Source: Methylococcaceae bacterium UBA2780
GTDB lineage: Bacteria; Pseudomonadota; Gammaproteobacteria; Methylococcales; UBA2780
Assembly (NCBI GenBank): GCA_002352345.1
Contig: DEIG01000008.1
Location: 21,420 to 85,419 of the forward strand
DNA length: 64,000 nt
Reading direction: 5' to 3'
Shown: one piece after another, positions 18,715 through 28,852 of the stretch
How positions within the stretch are numbered: the stretch's first letter is position 1
Layout: every line of letters starts with the position of its first letter
Translations under genes and position numbers: made by a program
The notes under the pieces: generated by a model
Seen by the model: the letters and a program-made list of their open reading frames with translations, nothing else
Database searches by the model: none
Told to the model about the DNA's origin: nothing

Positions 18715-19014
18715 ATGATCGAGTACGGTGAGAAGCGCGACTTCATGAGAATGGATGCAAACTGCAGTATGACTTTCAAGAAGCCTGGTTCCAAAAAAGT
18801 CTCTACTGGTTTCTGCATAGACCTAAGTGGGGCCGGCCTAAAGTTTGAAACAGACAAAGAGCTTGAAACAGGGAAAGCATTTGAGGTCTGCATCACTCCA
18901 GAGAAAGAGGTCACCCCTCCCCTTGAGGTGCTTATCGAAGTGATTCGTTGTGAACAGAGTGAAGACTCAAAATGGCACGTTGCCGCCTCGATAAAAGGAA
19001 TTAAAGGCACATAA
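18715..19014 (+). CDS. PilZ-domain protein (putative c-di-GMP binding)
   Basis: 99 aa. N-terminal EKRDFMRMD resembles the RxxxR motif, and IDLSGAGLKF resembles the (D/N)xSxxG motif of PilZ. Confidence 0.7.
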   Translation: MIEYGEKRDFMRMDANCSMTFKKPGSKKVSTGFCIDLSGAGLKFETDKELETGKAFEVCITPEKEVTPPLEVLIEVIRCEQSEDSKWHVAASIKGIKGT

Positions 19015-19095
19015 GTAGACAAGATAGATCTAGGACTCTCGAAAGTGTTAAGACGCCCAGCTACAATGGCGGCCTACTAACTTCTGATTATCTTT

Positions 19096-19500
19096 ATGTA
19101 CACAGTCACCAAAGAAATAACCTTCTGCTACGGCCACCGCCTGATGAATCACCCTGGAAAGTGCCGCCATCTGCATGGGCACAGCGCCAAAGCAGTAATC
19201 ACTCTGGCCTCAGAAAATCTCAATGAGCAGGCGATGGTCTGTGATTTCGGTGAGTTAAAAGAGGTTGTTTCGAGTTATGTCGACAATGAGCTCGACCATA
19301 ATTTTCTTATTCATCGAGATGACCCTGTCAGACCTCTGCTCGAAGAGGCGGGTGAACGGCTGCTTGTTATTGATGAGCACCCAACTGCCGAAGTGATTGC
19401 AAAAATGATTTTCGAGCGCGTAAAAGCTGAAGGCTACCCCATCACACAAGTGACCATTCAGGAAACCGTCAGTGCCTTTGCCAGCTATAGAGAGTCCTGA
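19096..19500 (+). CDS. queD: 6-carboxy-5,6,7,8-tetrahydropterin synthase
   Basis: 134 aa PTPS-family protein with TFCYGHRL and the CxxxHGH signature (CRHLHGHS). Confidence 0.85.
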   Translation: MYTVTKEITFCYGHRLMNHPGKCRHLHGHSAKAVITLASENLNEQAMVCDFGELKEVVSSYVDNELDHNFLIHRDDPVRPLLEEAGERLLVIDEHPTAEVIAKMIFERVKAEGYPITQVTIQETVSAFASYRES

Positions 19501-20777
19501 TTCCTAATCAGCCTTTTCTTGATTCGCCGAACACCCCACCAGACTCCAAGCAGCACAAAAGGGATCGAACCTCCCACTGCTAAGTCCCCGTTCAGTGGCA
19601 CACCTGCTGCTTTTAATGCCTTAACCAAATAACCTACCAAACCAACAATGTAATAGCTGATTGCGGCTATTGATAGCCCTTCAATCGTTTCTTGAAGTCT
19701 AAGCTGTATGCTTGCGCGCCTATCCATAGAATGGAGCAGATCACGATTCTGCGAAACAAGCCCGACATCCACCCGCGCCATCAAAATCTGACTTGCTCTA
19801 GAAACTCGACTAGAAAGATTTTCTAGCCGTTTAGAAACCGATTCACAAGCACTCATCGCTGGCTGAAATCGCCTTTCTAAATAGCGCGATAGCATTTGCG
19901 CCCCTTCTATTCGGTGCTCTCGCAAACGTCTAACTCGGTCAAAAACGATTGTTTTATAGGCTTTTGTTGCCCCAAATCGGTAAGAGGTTGCCGCAATAAC
20001 CATTTCAACATCGGCTTCTAGAGCGGTTAACTCCTCTAGCAGCTCCCGCTCCTCTTCTAAAGTTTCAGCAATCGTCATCTGGCGTGTAAGGTTAGCCAGA
20101 CTCGCCCCCATCTCTGTGATTTTTCGACCATATTTTTCAACCAGAGGGAATCCCAGCATCGCCAGGATTCGATAGCACTCCATCTCCAGAAAATGCTGAA
20201 CAAAGCGACTTGTCTGCTGAGGCGTCAGCCTTTCATCCTGAACCAACAACCGGCTGAAACCATCTTTCTGAAGCCTAAAATCAGTCCATGCTTTAGCGGC
20301 GGTTCCGCCTACATAACTGCCAACTAAACTCTCTTCTCTGAAAAACTCCAGCAACTTACTTCGAGTAAGATCGCCCGCCTCAGAAGCTATAATTTCAACG
20401 TGCTGGGCAACTAGTAGCTCACCCTCCAGCCCGCCAAGCCACTCACCAGGAAGTTCGTTAATAGCTGGGTTAGAAAAGGGCTCCTCACAATCCTTTTCTG
20501 TAAAGAAAGTGTAACTAGAAAACTCTGTATGCCTGTCCCATTTGAGTGAGAATGAGCCAAAATTGGCCGCATAATGCGTTGCACCTTCCAATGGGGGCAC
20601 CACACCATACTGCTCAGCCAAAATCGCCAAATGCTCAGTCGCAGTGTTTGGGGAGAGCTCCCCCGTCAGAAAAACCATGTGCGAAACCTGCACAGGCACC
20701 CCTATTTCAGCATAAGGGCGCGTGTGCGTTTCGTTAAACAGTCGGTGCCGTAATGGGTGTTCAACAGGCTGTTTCAT
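19485..20777 (-). CDS. DUF3422-like membrane-anchored protein of unknown function
   Basis: A large soluble N-terminal part (HPLRHRLFNETHTRPY) followed by two C-terminal TM helices. ATG at 20777 is preferred over the TTG at 20798. The 3' end overlaps queD by 16 nt, convergently. Confidence 0.7.
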   Translation of the reverse strand: MKQPVEHPLRHRLFNETHTRPYAEIGVPVQVSHMVFLTGELSPNTATEHLAILAEQYGVVPPLEGATHYAANFGSFSLKWDRHTEFSSYTFFTEKDCEEPFSNPAINELPGEWLGGLEGELLVAQHVEIIASEAGDLTRSKLLEFFREESLVGSYVGGTAAKAWTDFRLQKDGFSRLLVQDERLTPQQTSRFVQHFLEMECYRILAMLGFPLVEKYGRKITEMGASLANLTRQMTIAETLEEERELLEELTALEADVEMVIAATSYRFGATKAYKTIVFDRVRRLREHRIEGAQMLSRYLERRFQPAMSACESVSKRLENLSSRVSRASQILMARVDVGLVSQNRDLLHSMDRRASIQLRLQETIEGLSIAAISYYIVGLVGYLVKALKAAGVPLNGDLAVGGSIPFVLLGVWWGVRRIKKRLIRNQDSL

Positions 20778-20835
20778 TTTCTGTTTAGACCTCTTCAACC
20801 TTAAACAGCCGACTAAACCAAATAGTATAAGCGTG

Positions 20836-22239
20836 TTAGCTTAAATGCTTTAAAATTGCATCAACACTATCTTTAGCGTCACCAAACAACATGCGGCTGT
20901 TTTCTTTGTAAAAAAGTGGATTATCAACTCCAGCGTAGCCTGTACTCATGCCCCGTTTCAAGACAATTGTTGTTTTTCCATTCCAGGGTTCCAATACCGG
21001 CATCCCGGCAATAGGGCTATCAGGCACCTCTTGTGCCGCTGGATTGACAATATCATTCGCGCCGATTACGACTGAAACATCCACATTTGGAAAGTCTTCA
21101 TTAACTTCATCCATTTCGTAAACAATATCGTACGGAACCTTTGCCTCAGCTAATAGCACATTCATATGACCCGGCATACGCCCCGCAACGGGGTGAATAC
21201 CGAAGCGCACATTAACGCCGCTACTTTTAAGTTTTTTGCTTATTTCGTACACAGTATGCTGCGCTTGAGCAACAGCCATACCGTAACCCGGAATAATCAT
21301 CACCTCTTTTGCATTCTTGAGAAGGTCAGCAGCCTCTTCTGATTGAATTGAGCGAACATCGCCTGCATCACCCACAACAGCAGCAGAGCCGTCCCCTTTA
21401 GGCTTTGTTCCAAAACCTCCAAGTATGACGTTAATAAATTTGCGATTCATCGCTTTACACATGATGTAACTCAAAATCGCACCACTGCTACCCACTAAAG
21501 CACCGACAACAATCAGCAAATCATTCCCAAGCATGAAGCCCATTGCGGCAGCGGCCCAACCTGAATAGCTATTAAGCATTGAAACTACTACTGGCATATC
21601 TGCACCACCAATGGCGACCACCATGTGCACACCAAAAGCCAGTGCAATCAACGTCATGATGACCAAAGCAGCCAAACCACCACCTTCAGCCGCCCCTTCA
21701 ACATAGACAAAACCGAGCCAAATAGAGGCGATTAATAGCCCCAGATTTAAAAAGTGACGCCCCGGCAGTTGAAGTGGCTTTCCGCCAATCTTGGCGCTTA
21801 ATTTCAAATAGGCAGCGACAGAACCAGCCACTGTAACTGCACCAATCAAAATACCAATATAGGTTTCTACCGCATGGATCGTTTTTTCAATATCAGTCAA
21901 TGCAGCACCACCATGATCTAGCGCATTGGCATAACCGACAAAAACAGCCGCTAACCCAACCAAACTATGGAGAATTGCTACAAGCTCCGGCATATGGGTC
22001 ATTTCTACCCTCTTAGCCAAAACCCAACCAATACCTCCACCTAAAACCATCCCGATAATGAGAAGAAACTGATTATCTGTGACCAGACCAAAAATGGTCA
22101 CAAATAGGGCTAGTCCCATTCCCAACATGCCGTAAAAATTTCCTCGGCGAGCTGTTTCTTGATGGCTTAATCCATTCAGTGCCAAGATAAAAAGGGCACT
22201 TGCTCCGATATACGAAGCTGTTATCACACCTGAACTCAT
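20836..22239 (-). CDS. pntB: NAD(P) transhydrogenase subunit beta
   Basis: 467 aa. Multi-TM N-terminal part plus a C-terminal NADP(H) domain ([24 protein letters not shown]). Confidence 0.95.
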   Translation of the reverse strand: MSSGVITASYIGASALFILALNGLSHQETARRGNFYGMLGMGLALFVTIFGLVTDNQFLLIIGMVLGGGIGWVLAKRVEMTHMPELVAILHSLVGLAAVFVGYANALDHGGAALTDIEKTIHAVETYIGILIGAVTVAGSVAAYLKLSAKIGGKPLQLPGRHFLNLGLLIASIWLGFVYVEGAAEGGGLAALVIMTLIALAFGVHMVVAIGGADMPVVVSMLNSYSGWAAAAMGFMLGNDLLIVVGALVGSSGAILSYIMCKAMNRKFINVILGGFGTKPKGDGSAAVVGDAGDVRSIQSEEAADLLKNAKEVMIIPGYGMAVAQAQHTVYEISKKLKSSGVNVRFGIHPVAGRMPGHMNVLLAEAKVPYDIVYEMDEVNEDFPNVDVSVVIGANDIVNPAAQEVPDSPIAGMPVLEPWNGKTTIVLKRGMSTGYAGVDNPLFYKENSRMLFGDAKDSVDAILKHLS

Positions 22240-22250
22240 TGTATTTACTC

Positions 22251-23813
22251 TTATTTACGGAACATGCGCAACATACGTTGGGTGACTGCAAAGCCCCCGA
22301 CAATGTTGATGCTTGTTATAAAAATGGCTAAAACCGACAACGCAACGACAACCGGACTTGAGCTGGAAACTTGAATAATTGCCCCAATAACAATAATGCT
22401 ACTGATCGCATTCGTGACACTCATAAGCGGCGTATGCAGAGAGTGGGAAACACCCCATATCACCATGTAACCGATAAAGCAGGATAGGACAAAGACACTC
22501 AAGTGACCTATAAAAGCAGGAGGTGCCACCGTGCCTAGCCCAAACAGCCCAAGGCCGCACAGCACGAGCGGAATAAGAAATGCGAGAGGATGAGCCGGCT
22601 TCTCTTCAGGTTGGCTTAACGCCTCTTTAGCCTTAAGACCAACATCCTCCTTAGGTGCTAACGAAATTCTTGGTGCCGGTGGTGGCCAAGTGATCTCACC
22701 ACTGTTCACAACCGTTGCTCCGCGAATCACCTCATCATCCATATCGACCACGATCTCGCCATTTTTCTCTGGGCACAAATCTGTCAACAGATGCCGTAAA
22801 TTCGTCGCATAAAGCTGGCTAGATTGCGCTGCAAGCCGGCTCGGCAAGTTTGTATAGCCGATTAAAGTGACATCATGCTTAACCACCACTTTGTTTGCTT
22901 CGGTTAACTTACAGTTACCGCCCGCCTCAGCTGCTAAATCAACAATGATGCTGCCGGGTTTCATATTCGCCACCATCCGCTCGGTAATCAACTCTGGTGC
23001 TGCTCGACCCGGAATTAATGCAGTGGTAATAATAATGTCTACTTCGGCGGCCTGAGAGGCAAACAGATCCATTTCTGCTTTAATAAACTCAGGGCTCATT
23101 GTTTTTGCATAGCCCCCTTCACCCGAGCCATCTTCATCGTCAAAATCGAGCATCAAGAACTCTGCATCCATGCTCTCAACCTGCTCCTTTACTTCAGGGC
23201 GGGTATCGAATGCTCGCACAACAGCGCCCATGCTCTTTGCAGCACCAATCGCCGCCAAACCGGCAACTCCAGCACCAATGACGAGAACTTTTGCTGGGGG
23301 AATTTTACCGGCAGCAGTAATTTGCCCGGTAAAAAACCGGCCAAAATGCTGAGCCGCCTCTACCACTGCACGATAGCCAGCAATATTAGCCATCGAACTC
23401 AGCGCATCCATTTTCTGAGCTCTTGAGATTCTTGGCACACTGTCCATTGATAGCGCCGTAACACCACGATCGGACAGCTCCTGAAGCAACTCTGGATTCT
23501 GCGCCGGATAGAGAAAACTTATCAGGATTTGACCCTTGTGAAGCAGCTCAAGGCCGTAAAACCCAAGCTCAGGATGCTGTTTTGGTGGCCGCACTTTAAG
23601 AATGATATCCGACGAAGTCCAAAGCTTTTGAGGGTCGCTAATCACCTCAACACCGGCTTGTGAATATGCTTCATCGCTAAAATTAGCCTCTTCACCTGCC
23701 TTTGATTCAATAGCAACTACAAAGCCAAGCTTTTGTAATTGATGAGCTGCTTCAGGTGTCAGCGCAACGCGCTTTTCACCCTCTTCAATTTCCTTTGGAA
23801 CCCCAATTTTCAT
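22251..23813 (-). CDS. pntA: NAD(P) transhydrogenase subunit alpha (full length, with TM tail)
   Basis: 520 aa. Alanine-dehydrogenase/PNT N-terminal domains, [18 protein letters not shown]-binding site, and C-terminal TM helices. Confidence 0.95.
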   Translation of the reverse strand: MKIGVPKEIEEGEKRVALTPEAAHQLQKLGFVVAIESKAGEEANFSDEAYSQAGVEVISDPQKLWTSSDIILKVRPPKQHPELGFYGLELLHKGQILISFLYPAQNPELLQELSDRGVTALSMDSVPRISRAQKMDALSSMANIAGYRAVVEAAQHFGRFFTGQITAAGKIPPAKVLVIGAGVAGLAAIGAAKSMGAVVRAFDTRPEVKEQVESMDAEFLMLDFDDEDGSGEGGYAKTMSPEFIKAEMDLFASQAAEVDIIITTALIPGRAAPELITERMVANMKPGSIIVDLAAEAGGNCKLTEANKVVVKHDVTLIGYTNLPSRLAAQSSQLYATNLRHLLTDLCPEKNGEIVVDMDDEVIRGATVVNSGEITWPPPAPRISLAPKEDVGLKAKEALSQPEEKPAHPLAFLIPLVLCGLGLFGLGTVAPPAFIGHLSVFVLSCFIGYMVIWGVSHSLHTPLMSVTNAISSIIVIGAIIQVSSSSPVVVALSVLAIFITSINIVGGFAVTQRMLRMFRK

Positions 23814-24023
23814 TACGTTTTTACCCCAAACATCGTTCTACAACAGACTGAATTTAAAAAAGTTTGCTAGTAAACCACGCTAGCCGTGTAAATGTCCACT
23901 CTAGAAGAATCAAACTTCCCCATAAATCAATCATTTATTTTTGACTAAGCTAAATCAGCCTGAAGAACGTTATAATGTTGTTAACTTCACTTAGCGTCAT
24001 AACCAATTTCCCTAAAACCTCGC

Positions 24024-24488
24024 ATGAGTACCGTTTCTCCAAACAACAAGTCTTTCCTCTTGCAAACACTCTGTGAAAGCAACTATAGAAAGCTTCTGCG
24101 GCTCATACCCAACTTAAGCGACCTAAATAGCTGCTCTACCGGACGTGCTTCAGGTAAACCTGAGCTATACATTACCCTCATAGAAAAAGGCCCATATACA
24201 ATGACACTAGAATTGAGTCACTGTTTCGGTCGCGATCTCGACCCTTTTTTCGAGCCAGCCATAAAACTTAGAGTCTATTTTGATGCACAAAGCACAGAGG
24301 TTCTACGGGATCACGAACGCCCGATGGTTAACCACGCATTCGAGCAACCTGCATCTGCTAAAGAGGTTATGGACTACAAATGGGAGCTCAACTACTTTTT
24401 AGAAAAATGGCTGAATCACTGCCTGAAAGATCATTATAAATTCCAGAATAGCGAACCTGTGAAAAGCAGATTCCCCGCCCTCACTTAA
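24024..24488 (+). CDS. DUF1249 (YqiB-like) protein
   Basis: 154 aa. LCESNYRKLLRLIPNL resembles the conserved N-terminal block of DUF1249 as I remember it. Confidence 0.55.
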   Translation: MSTVSPNNKSFLLQTLCESNYRKLLRLIPNLSDLNSCSTGRASGKPELYITLIEKGPYTMTLELSHCFGRDLDPFFEPAIKLRVYFDAQSTEVLRDHERPMVNHAFEQPASAKEVMDYKWELNYFLEKWLNHCLKDHYKFQNSEPVKSRFPALT

Positions 24489-24497
24489 GACAAACTT

Positions 24498-25070
24498 ATG
24501 ACCCAAAATAACGAACAATCATTCTCAAAAAACAAAGCCGAGCTATTAAGCAACTTTCTCTCCTCAGAACGAGCTGGAGAGGAGTCTCTGGACTACATTT
24601 CTGCACACGGTTTTTTAACTGCTTTGGCTATTTGCCCAGAAAAAATTGACTCTAATGACTGGATTCCCTCTCTATTTGGCGGATCACCTGCTTACCAAGA
24701 TGAGTTAGAAAAACAAAGTGTTCTAGAATTGCTAGCAGAACTTCTGGAGAGCCAAGAAAAATCTCTCGAGTCCGGCGAGCTTATTGAACTCCCCCTCTCT
24801 TCAGATGGAGACCATGAAGCCGAGTTGCAAACTTGGTGTATCGGCTTTGTTGAAGCCTTCTTTATAAAAGAGGAGGCTTGGTTTTCTAATAAAACAGAAG
24901 AGGTTATTGCCGAATTAACTCTCCCGACCATGGCACTATCTGGTCTATTCGAAGAGGAGCTAGAGGAGCTTATAGAAAATGAAGAGCAATATGAAAGCTT
25001 GGTTGAGCAACTTCCAGAAACACTAACCGACCTTTATCTCCTTTATCGCTCCCCTCCAGAAACTAAATAA
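24498..25070 (+). CDS. UPF0149 (YgfB/YecA N-terminal-like) family protein
   Basis: 190 aa and acidic. The block LDYISAHGFLTALAICPEKIDSNDWIPSLFG is typical of UPF0149. Confidence 0.6.
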   Translation: MTQNNEQSFSKNKAELLSNFLSSERAGEESLDYISAHGFLTALAICPEKIDSNDWIPSLFGGSPAYQDELEKQSVLELLAELLESQEKSLESGELIELPLSSDGDHEAELQTWCIGFVEAFFIKEEAWFSNKTEEVIAELTLPTMALSGLFEEELEELIENEEQYESLVEQLPETLTDLYLLYRSPPETK

Positions 25071-25133
25071 TGCTACTAATTACCCCTACACACCCCCATA
25101 TTGGAAATTAAATACAATATTTCTTGAAAACTG

Positions 25134-25163
25134 TTGCAGTCTTAATTGAAAGTTGCCTATAAT
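25134..25163 (+). promoter_or_regulatory. Possible sigma-70 promoter of the cold-shock gene, with a leader of roughly 95 nt
   Basis: TTGCAG (25134-25139), 18 nt spacer, TATAAT (25158-25163). Long 5' UTRs are typical of cspA-type genes. Confidence 0.35.
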
Positions 25164-25266
25164 CGCGAGAGCTTTCAGAAATTGATGTCAATGCCTTACT
25201 TAAGGTTTATAGGGGGTCCATTCTGTTTGCTATTACAAAGCATTTGTTTTTTTGAGGAAGATTAAG

Positions 25267-25470
25267 ATGGCAACAGGTAAAGTTAAGTGGTTCAACGAGT
25301 CTAAAGGTTTCGGTTTTATTGCACCTGATGATGGCGGCGAAGATATTTTTGTTCATTTCTCTGCGATCCAGGGCGATGGATTTAAAACTCTAAAAGAAGG
25401 CCAGGCAGTGAGCTTCGAAAGCGAGAATGGACCTAAAGGTTTAACAGCAACAGCTGTAAACCCGCAGTAA
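25267..25470 (+). CDS. Cold-shock protein, CspA family
   Basis: [18 protein letters not shown] and DIFVHFSAI are the RNP1/RNP2 motifs. 67 aa from the ATG at 25267. Confidence 0.95.
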   Translation: MATGKVKWFNESKGFGFIAPDDGGEDIFVHFSAIQGDGFKTLKEGQAVSFESENGPKGLTATAVNPQ

Positions 25471-25484
25471 AATTCCAGATCGAT

Positions 25485-25518
25485 AAAAAAACCCTGCTTA
25501 ATTAAGCAGGGTTTTTTT
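25485..25518. terminator. Bidirectional Rho-independent terminator (csp / usp convergent pair)
   Basis: Perfect palindrome: A7, CCCTGCTTAA, TTAAGCAGGG, T7. Confidence 0.85.
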
Positions 25519-25548
25519 ATGCCTATAACTTACCGGACTATAGTTTTA

Positions 25549-25989
25549 TTAATCGTAAATTCTAACGGCTAAAACATCACATTTTGCGTGATGTAGCACA
25601 CCATTCGCTGTGGACCCCAGCAACAGTCCCAGCCCATGTCTGCCATGCGAGCCTATAACGATTAGATCAATCTGCTCCTCCTCTGCTAAGGCGACCACCT
25701 CACTTACAGGCCGCCCCATCCTCTGATGACATCTTTCCTCTGGTACTGACAGCTCCTCAGCCAGCGCTGATAACTGCTTCTTAGTTTTATCAATTAAAAC
25801 CTCAGTTAGCTCAAAATCCAGAGAGTTAAGCACATCATAACCAGGCTCTGAAACAGGCAGATTATCTACAACATGAATGATTGAGATTTCAGCCTCATAC
25901 TGCTTCGCCAAATTAGTCGCCCGCTCAATGACTGAGCTATCCGTATCAGAAAAATCAACCGCTAACAGTATATGCCGGTAAGATTGCAT
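25549..25989 (-). CDS. Universal stress protein (UspA family)
   Basis: MQSYRHILLAVDFS start, and GSHGRHGLGLLLGSTANGVLHHAKCDVLAV as the C-terminal Usp ATP-binding block. ATG at 25989. Confidence 0.88.
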   Translation of the reverse strand: MQSYRHILLAVDFSDTDSSVIERATNLAKQYEAEISIIHVVDNLPVSEPGYDVLNSLDFELTEVLIDKTKKQLSALAEELSVPEERCHQRMGRPVSEVVALAEEEQIDLIVIGSHGRHGLGLLLGSTANGVLHHAKCDVLAVRIYD

Positions 25990-26038
25990 CGTAATCACTC
26001 CTTGAACAAAACCATTAATAGCGAGATTAAGCCCCTTT

Positions 26039-26914
26039 TTATGACAGATCAAGATGGAGTATCTTTTCTCCGTCTGTTAGATCGAATTTTTGGCTCTCAT
26101 CAGTTTGTGAGAGCGCCTTAAAATCAAACAAAGAGCTATCAGCCAAATGAGAGGGAGCAACATTTTGTATACTCGAGAAGATAGTTTCCAATCTTCCTGG
26201 GAACTGTTTATCCCACTGCGTTAGCATCTCCTTCATCGCCTGACGTTGTAGATTATCTTGTGACCCGCATAAATTACAGGGAATAATTGGGAATTTTTTT
26301 CCTTCCGCATACTGTGTAATATCCTTCTCTCGACAGTAAGCCATTGGACGAATAACAACATGTTTTCCGTTATCACTAAGCAACTTGGGAGGCATGGTCT
26401 TGAGCTTACCACCATAAAACATATTCAAGAAAAGCGTCTCAATTAGGTCATCTCGGTGGTGCCCTAACGCTATTTTAGTAATGCCGTTCTCTTCAGCCCA
26501 CGTATATAGAGAGCCCCGCCGCAAACGCGAACAGAGGCTACAGGTTGTTTTGCCTTCTGGAATGACACGCTGAACAACGCTATAGGTATCCTGCTCAATA
26601 ATAAAATAGGGTATGCCTAACTGCTTAAGATATTCCGGTAGAACATCAGCAGGAAAACCTGGCTGCTTCTGATCGAGATTTACCGCTATTAGCTCGAACT
26701 TAACCGGTGCGTTGTGCTGAAGGTTCAATAAAATATCAAGCATCGTATACGAGTCTTTCCCCCCAGAAAGGCAGACCATCACCTTATCGCCCTCTTCGAT
26801 CATTTCAAAGTCGGCAATCGCCTGCCCCATGCTTCTGCGTAGCTTTTTCTGCAGCTTATTCAGGTTTACCTTCTGTTTACGATCATCACTTTGATCGCAC
26901 ACCTTCTCATTCAT
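26039..26914 (-). CDS. ttcA: tRNA 2-thiocytidine(32) synthetase
   Basis: PP-loop CLSGGKDS, plus cysteine motifs [10 protein letters not shown] and CNLCGSQ. Confidence 0.92.
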   Translation of the reverse strand: MNEKVCDQSDDRKQKVNLNKLQKKLRRSMGQAIADFEMIEEGDKVMVCLSGGKDSYTMLDILLNLQHNAPVKFELIAVNLDQKQPGFPADVLPEYLKQLGIPYFIIEQDTYSVVQRVIPEGKTTCSLCSRLRRGSLYTWAEENGITKIALGHHRDDLIETLFLNMFYGGKLKTMPPKLLSDNGKHVVIRPMAYCREKDITQYAEGKKFPIIPCNLCGSQDNLQRQAMKEMLTQWDKQFPGRLETIFSSIQNVAPSHLADSSLFDFKALSQTDESQKFDLTDGEKILHLDLS

Positions 26915-26994
26915 TGCATTCCAACCATACTAAAACGGGGCCAAAAGGCCCCGTTATTTATCTATCCAGTAGTTATACTGATTTAAAGCACCTA

Positions 26995-28212
26995 CTAGCC
27001 TTTATAGCGCTGCATAATCAGTGTTGCGTTAGTTCCACCAAAGCCAAAACTGTTTGACATAATTGTATTCAACTCGACATCGTCCAAACGCTCTTGAACA
27101 ATCGGCATCCCTTCAGCTTTAGGGTCAAGTTCAGTGATATTTGCAGAGGCAGATATAAAATTATTCTGCATCATTAATAGTGAGTAAATTGCCTCATTCA
27201 CTCCCGCACCACCTAAAGCATGTCCTGTTAAAGACTTAGTAGAGGTAATGTATGGAACATTCTCTCCAAACACCTCTCTAACCGCTTCCAACTCTTTAGT
27301 ATCACCTACCGGTGTACTTGTTCCGTGGGCATTGATGTAATCTATTTCCCCATCAACCGTTTTCATCGCCTGCTGCATACAGCGCACAGCACCTTCACCC
27401 GATGGCGCGACCATATCATAACCATCAGACGTAGCACCGTAGCCAACCAGTTCAGCATAAATTTTTGCACCACGAGCTTTCGCATGCTCCAACTCTTCAA
27501 GCACAAACATGCCTGCACCACCAGAGATAACAAAGCCATCACGCGTCGCATCGTACGGGCGGGATGCCGTTTCAGGCGCATCGTTATATTTTGATGACAA
27601 AGCACCCATGGCATCAAAGAGCATTGTCAAACTCCAGTGGACATCTTCTGCACCACCAGCAAAAACGATATCTTGCTTACCCATTTGAATAAGCTCCATA
27701 CCATTACCGACACAGTGCGCGCTTGTCGCACAGGCTGAGCTAATTGTGTAGTTAACACCTTTTATTTTAAATGGAGTTGCCAAACAGGCTGAGGTGGTAC
27801 TGCACATTGTACGGGGCACCATATACGGGCCAACACGGCGGATACCTTTACTGCGCAACGTATCGGCAGCCTCTACGGTATTAGCTGAAGAGGCACCACC
27901 AGATCCCACTATTAACCCAGACATCGGATTTGAGACCTCCTCTTCTCCAAGCCCAGAGTCCTCGACAGCTTGCTTCATTGCCACATAGTTGTAGGCCGCA
28001 CAGTCGCCCATAAAGCGCTTTGTTTTACGGTCAACATGTTCAGCTAAATCTATCTTAATTGGGCCATAAACATGGCTGCGAAAGCCAAGCTCTTTGTATT
28101 CTTCACTGAACTCGATGCCTGATTTCCCAGATTTCAAAGACTCCAGAACCTCTTCGGCATTATTACCAATGCTTGAAACAATCCCTAAACCAGTAATTAC
28201 AACACGTCTCAT
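26995..28212 (-). CDS. fabB: 3-oxoacyl-ACP synthase I
   Basis: 405 aa. Active-site [17 protein letters not shown] and GHALGGAG. Directly downstream of fabA. Confidence 0.92.
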   Translation of the reverse strand: MRRVVITGLGIVSSIGNNAEEVLESLKSGKSGIEFSEEYKELGFRSHVYGPIKIDLAEHVDRKTKRFMGDCAAYNYVAMKQAVEDSGLGEEEVSNPMSGLIVGSGGASSANTVEAADTLRSKGIRRVGPYMVPRTMCSTTSACLATPFKIKGVNYTISSACATSAHCVGNGMELIQMGKQDIVFAGGAEDVHWSLTMLFDAMGALSSKYNDAPETASRPYDATRDGFVISGGAGMFVLEELEHAKARGAKIYAELVGYGATSDGYDMVAPSGEGAVRCMQQAMKTVDGEIDYINAHGTSTPVGDTKELEAVREVFGENVPYITSTKSLTGHALGGAGVNEAIYSLLMMQNNFISASANITELDPKAEGMPIVQERLDDVELNTIMSNSFGFGGTNATLIMQRYKG

Positions 28213-28221
28213 GAGCTTCCC

Positions 28222-28734
28222 TCAGAAATCAGCAGTCGATGTAAACAAGCCGACTCTCAGGTCGCTTGCCTCATAAATAAGTTTACCGTCGACTTCCATT
28301 TCGGCGTCGGCTATTCCCATTACAAGCTTGCGCATAATGACCCTTTTAAGGCTAATTCGATAAGTCACTTTTTTAGCCGTAGGCAGAACTTGCCCAGTAA
28401 ATTTGATACTTCCACCTAAAGCACGCCCTCTGCCTGGCCCACCCAACCAGCCAAGGTGAAAACCAACCAGCTGCCACATTGCATCTAGCCCTAGGCAACC
28501 CGGCATGACTGGATCCTCATTAAAATGACAACCAAAGAACCAAAGATCAGGAGTCACATCCAGCTCGGCAATGATCTCGCCCTTACCGTATTTACCACCC
28601 TCTTCGGTGATTTTTGTAATGCGATCGAACATCAACATAGGAGGAAGTGGTAACTGAGCATTGCCCGGGCCAAATAGCTCTCCATTGCCACATTGAAGAA
28701 GCTCTTCCCGTGTAAAACTGTTCTGTTTTTCCAT
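28222..28734 (-). CDS. fabA: 3-hydroxydecanoyl-ACP dehydratase/isomerase
   Basis: 170 aa hot-dog fold with [24 protein letters not shown]. Confidence 0.93.
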   Translation of the reverse strand: MEKQNSFTREELLQCGNGELFGPGNAQLPLPPMLMFDRITKITEEGGKYGKGEIIAELDVTPDLWFFGCHFNEDPVMPGCLGLDAMWQLVGFHLGWLGGPGRGRALGGSIKFTGQVLPTAKKVTYRISLKRVIMRKLVMGIADAEMEVDGKLIYEASDLRVGLFTSTADF

Positions 28735-28852
28735 TAAAATTTCCTATTGCCCATCTTTTAGTAATGGTGAAAGAAAGGCATTATCTAATAAGCTGAAGAT
28801 AAATTCACCGGTTTATTGCTTCCTGATAAGAAAATAGCCTATTAACGGGTGA

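Noticed and set aside
19015-19095. A possible preQ1 riboswitch upstream of queD, and similarly ahead of queE/queC.
   Set aside because: There is no small hairpin followed by the A-rich ...AAAAAACTA-type tail characteristic of preQ1-I. queE starts 3 nt after cpoB, so there is no leader at all there.
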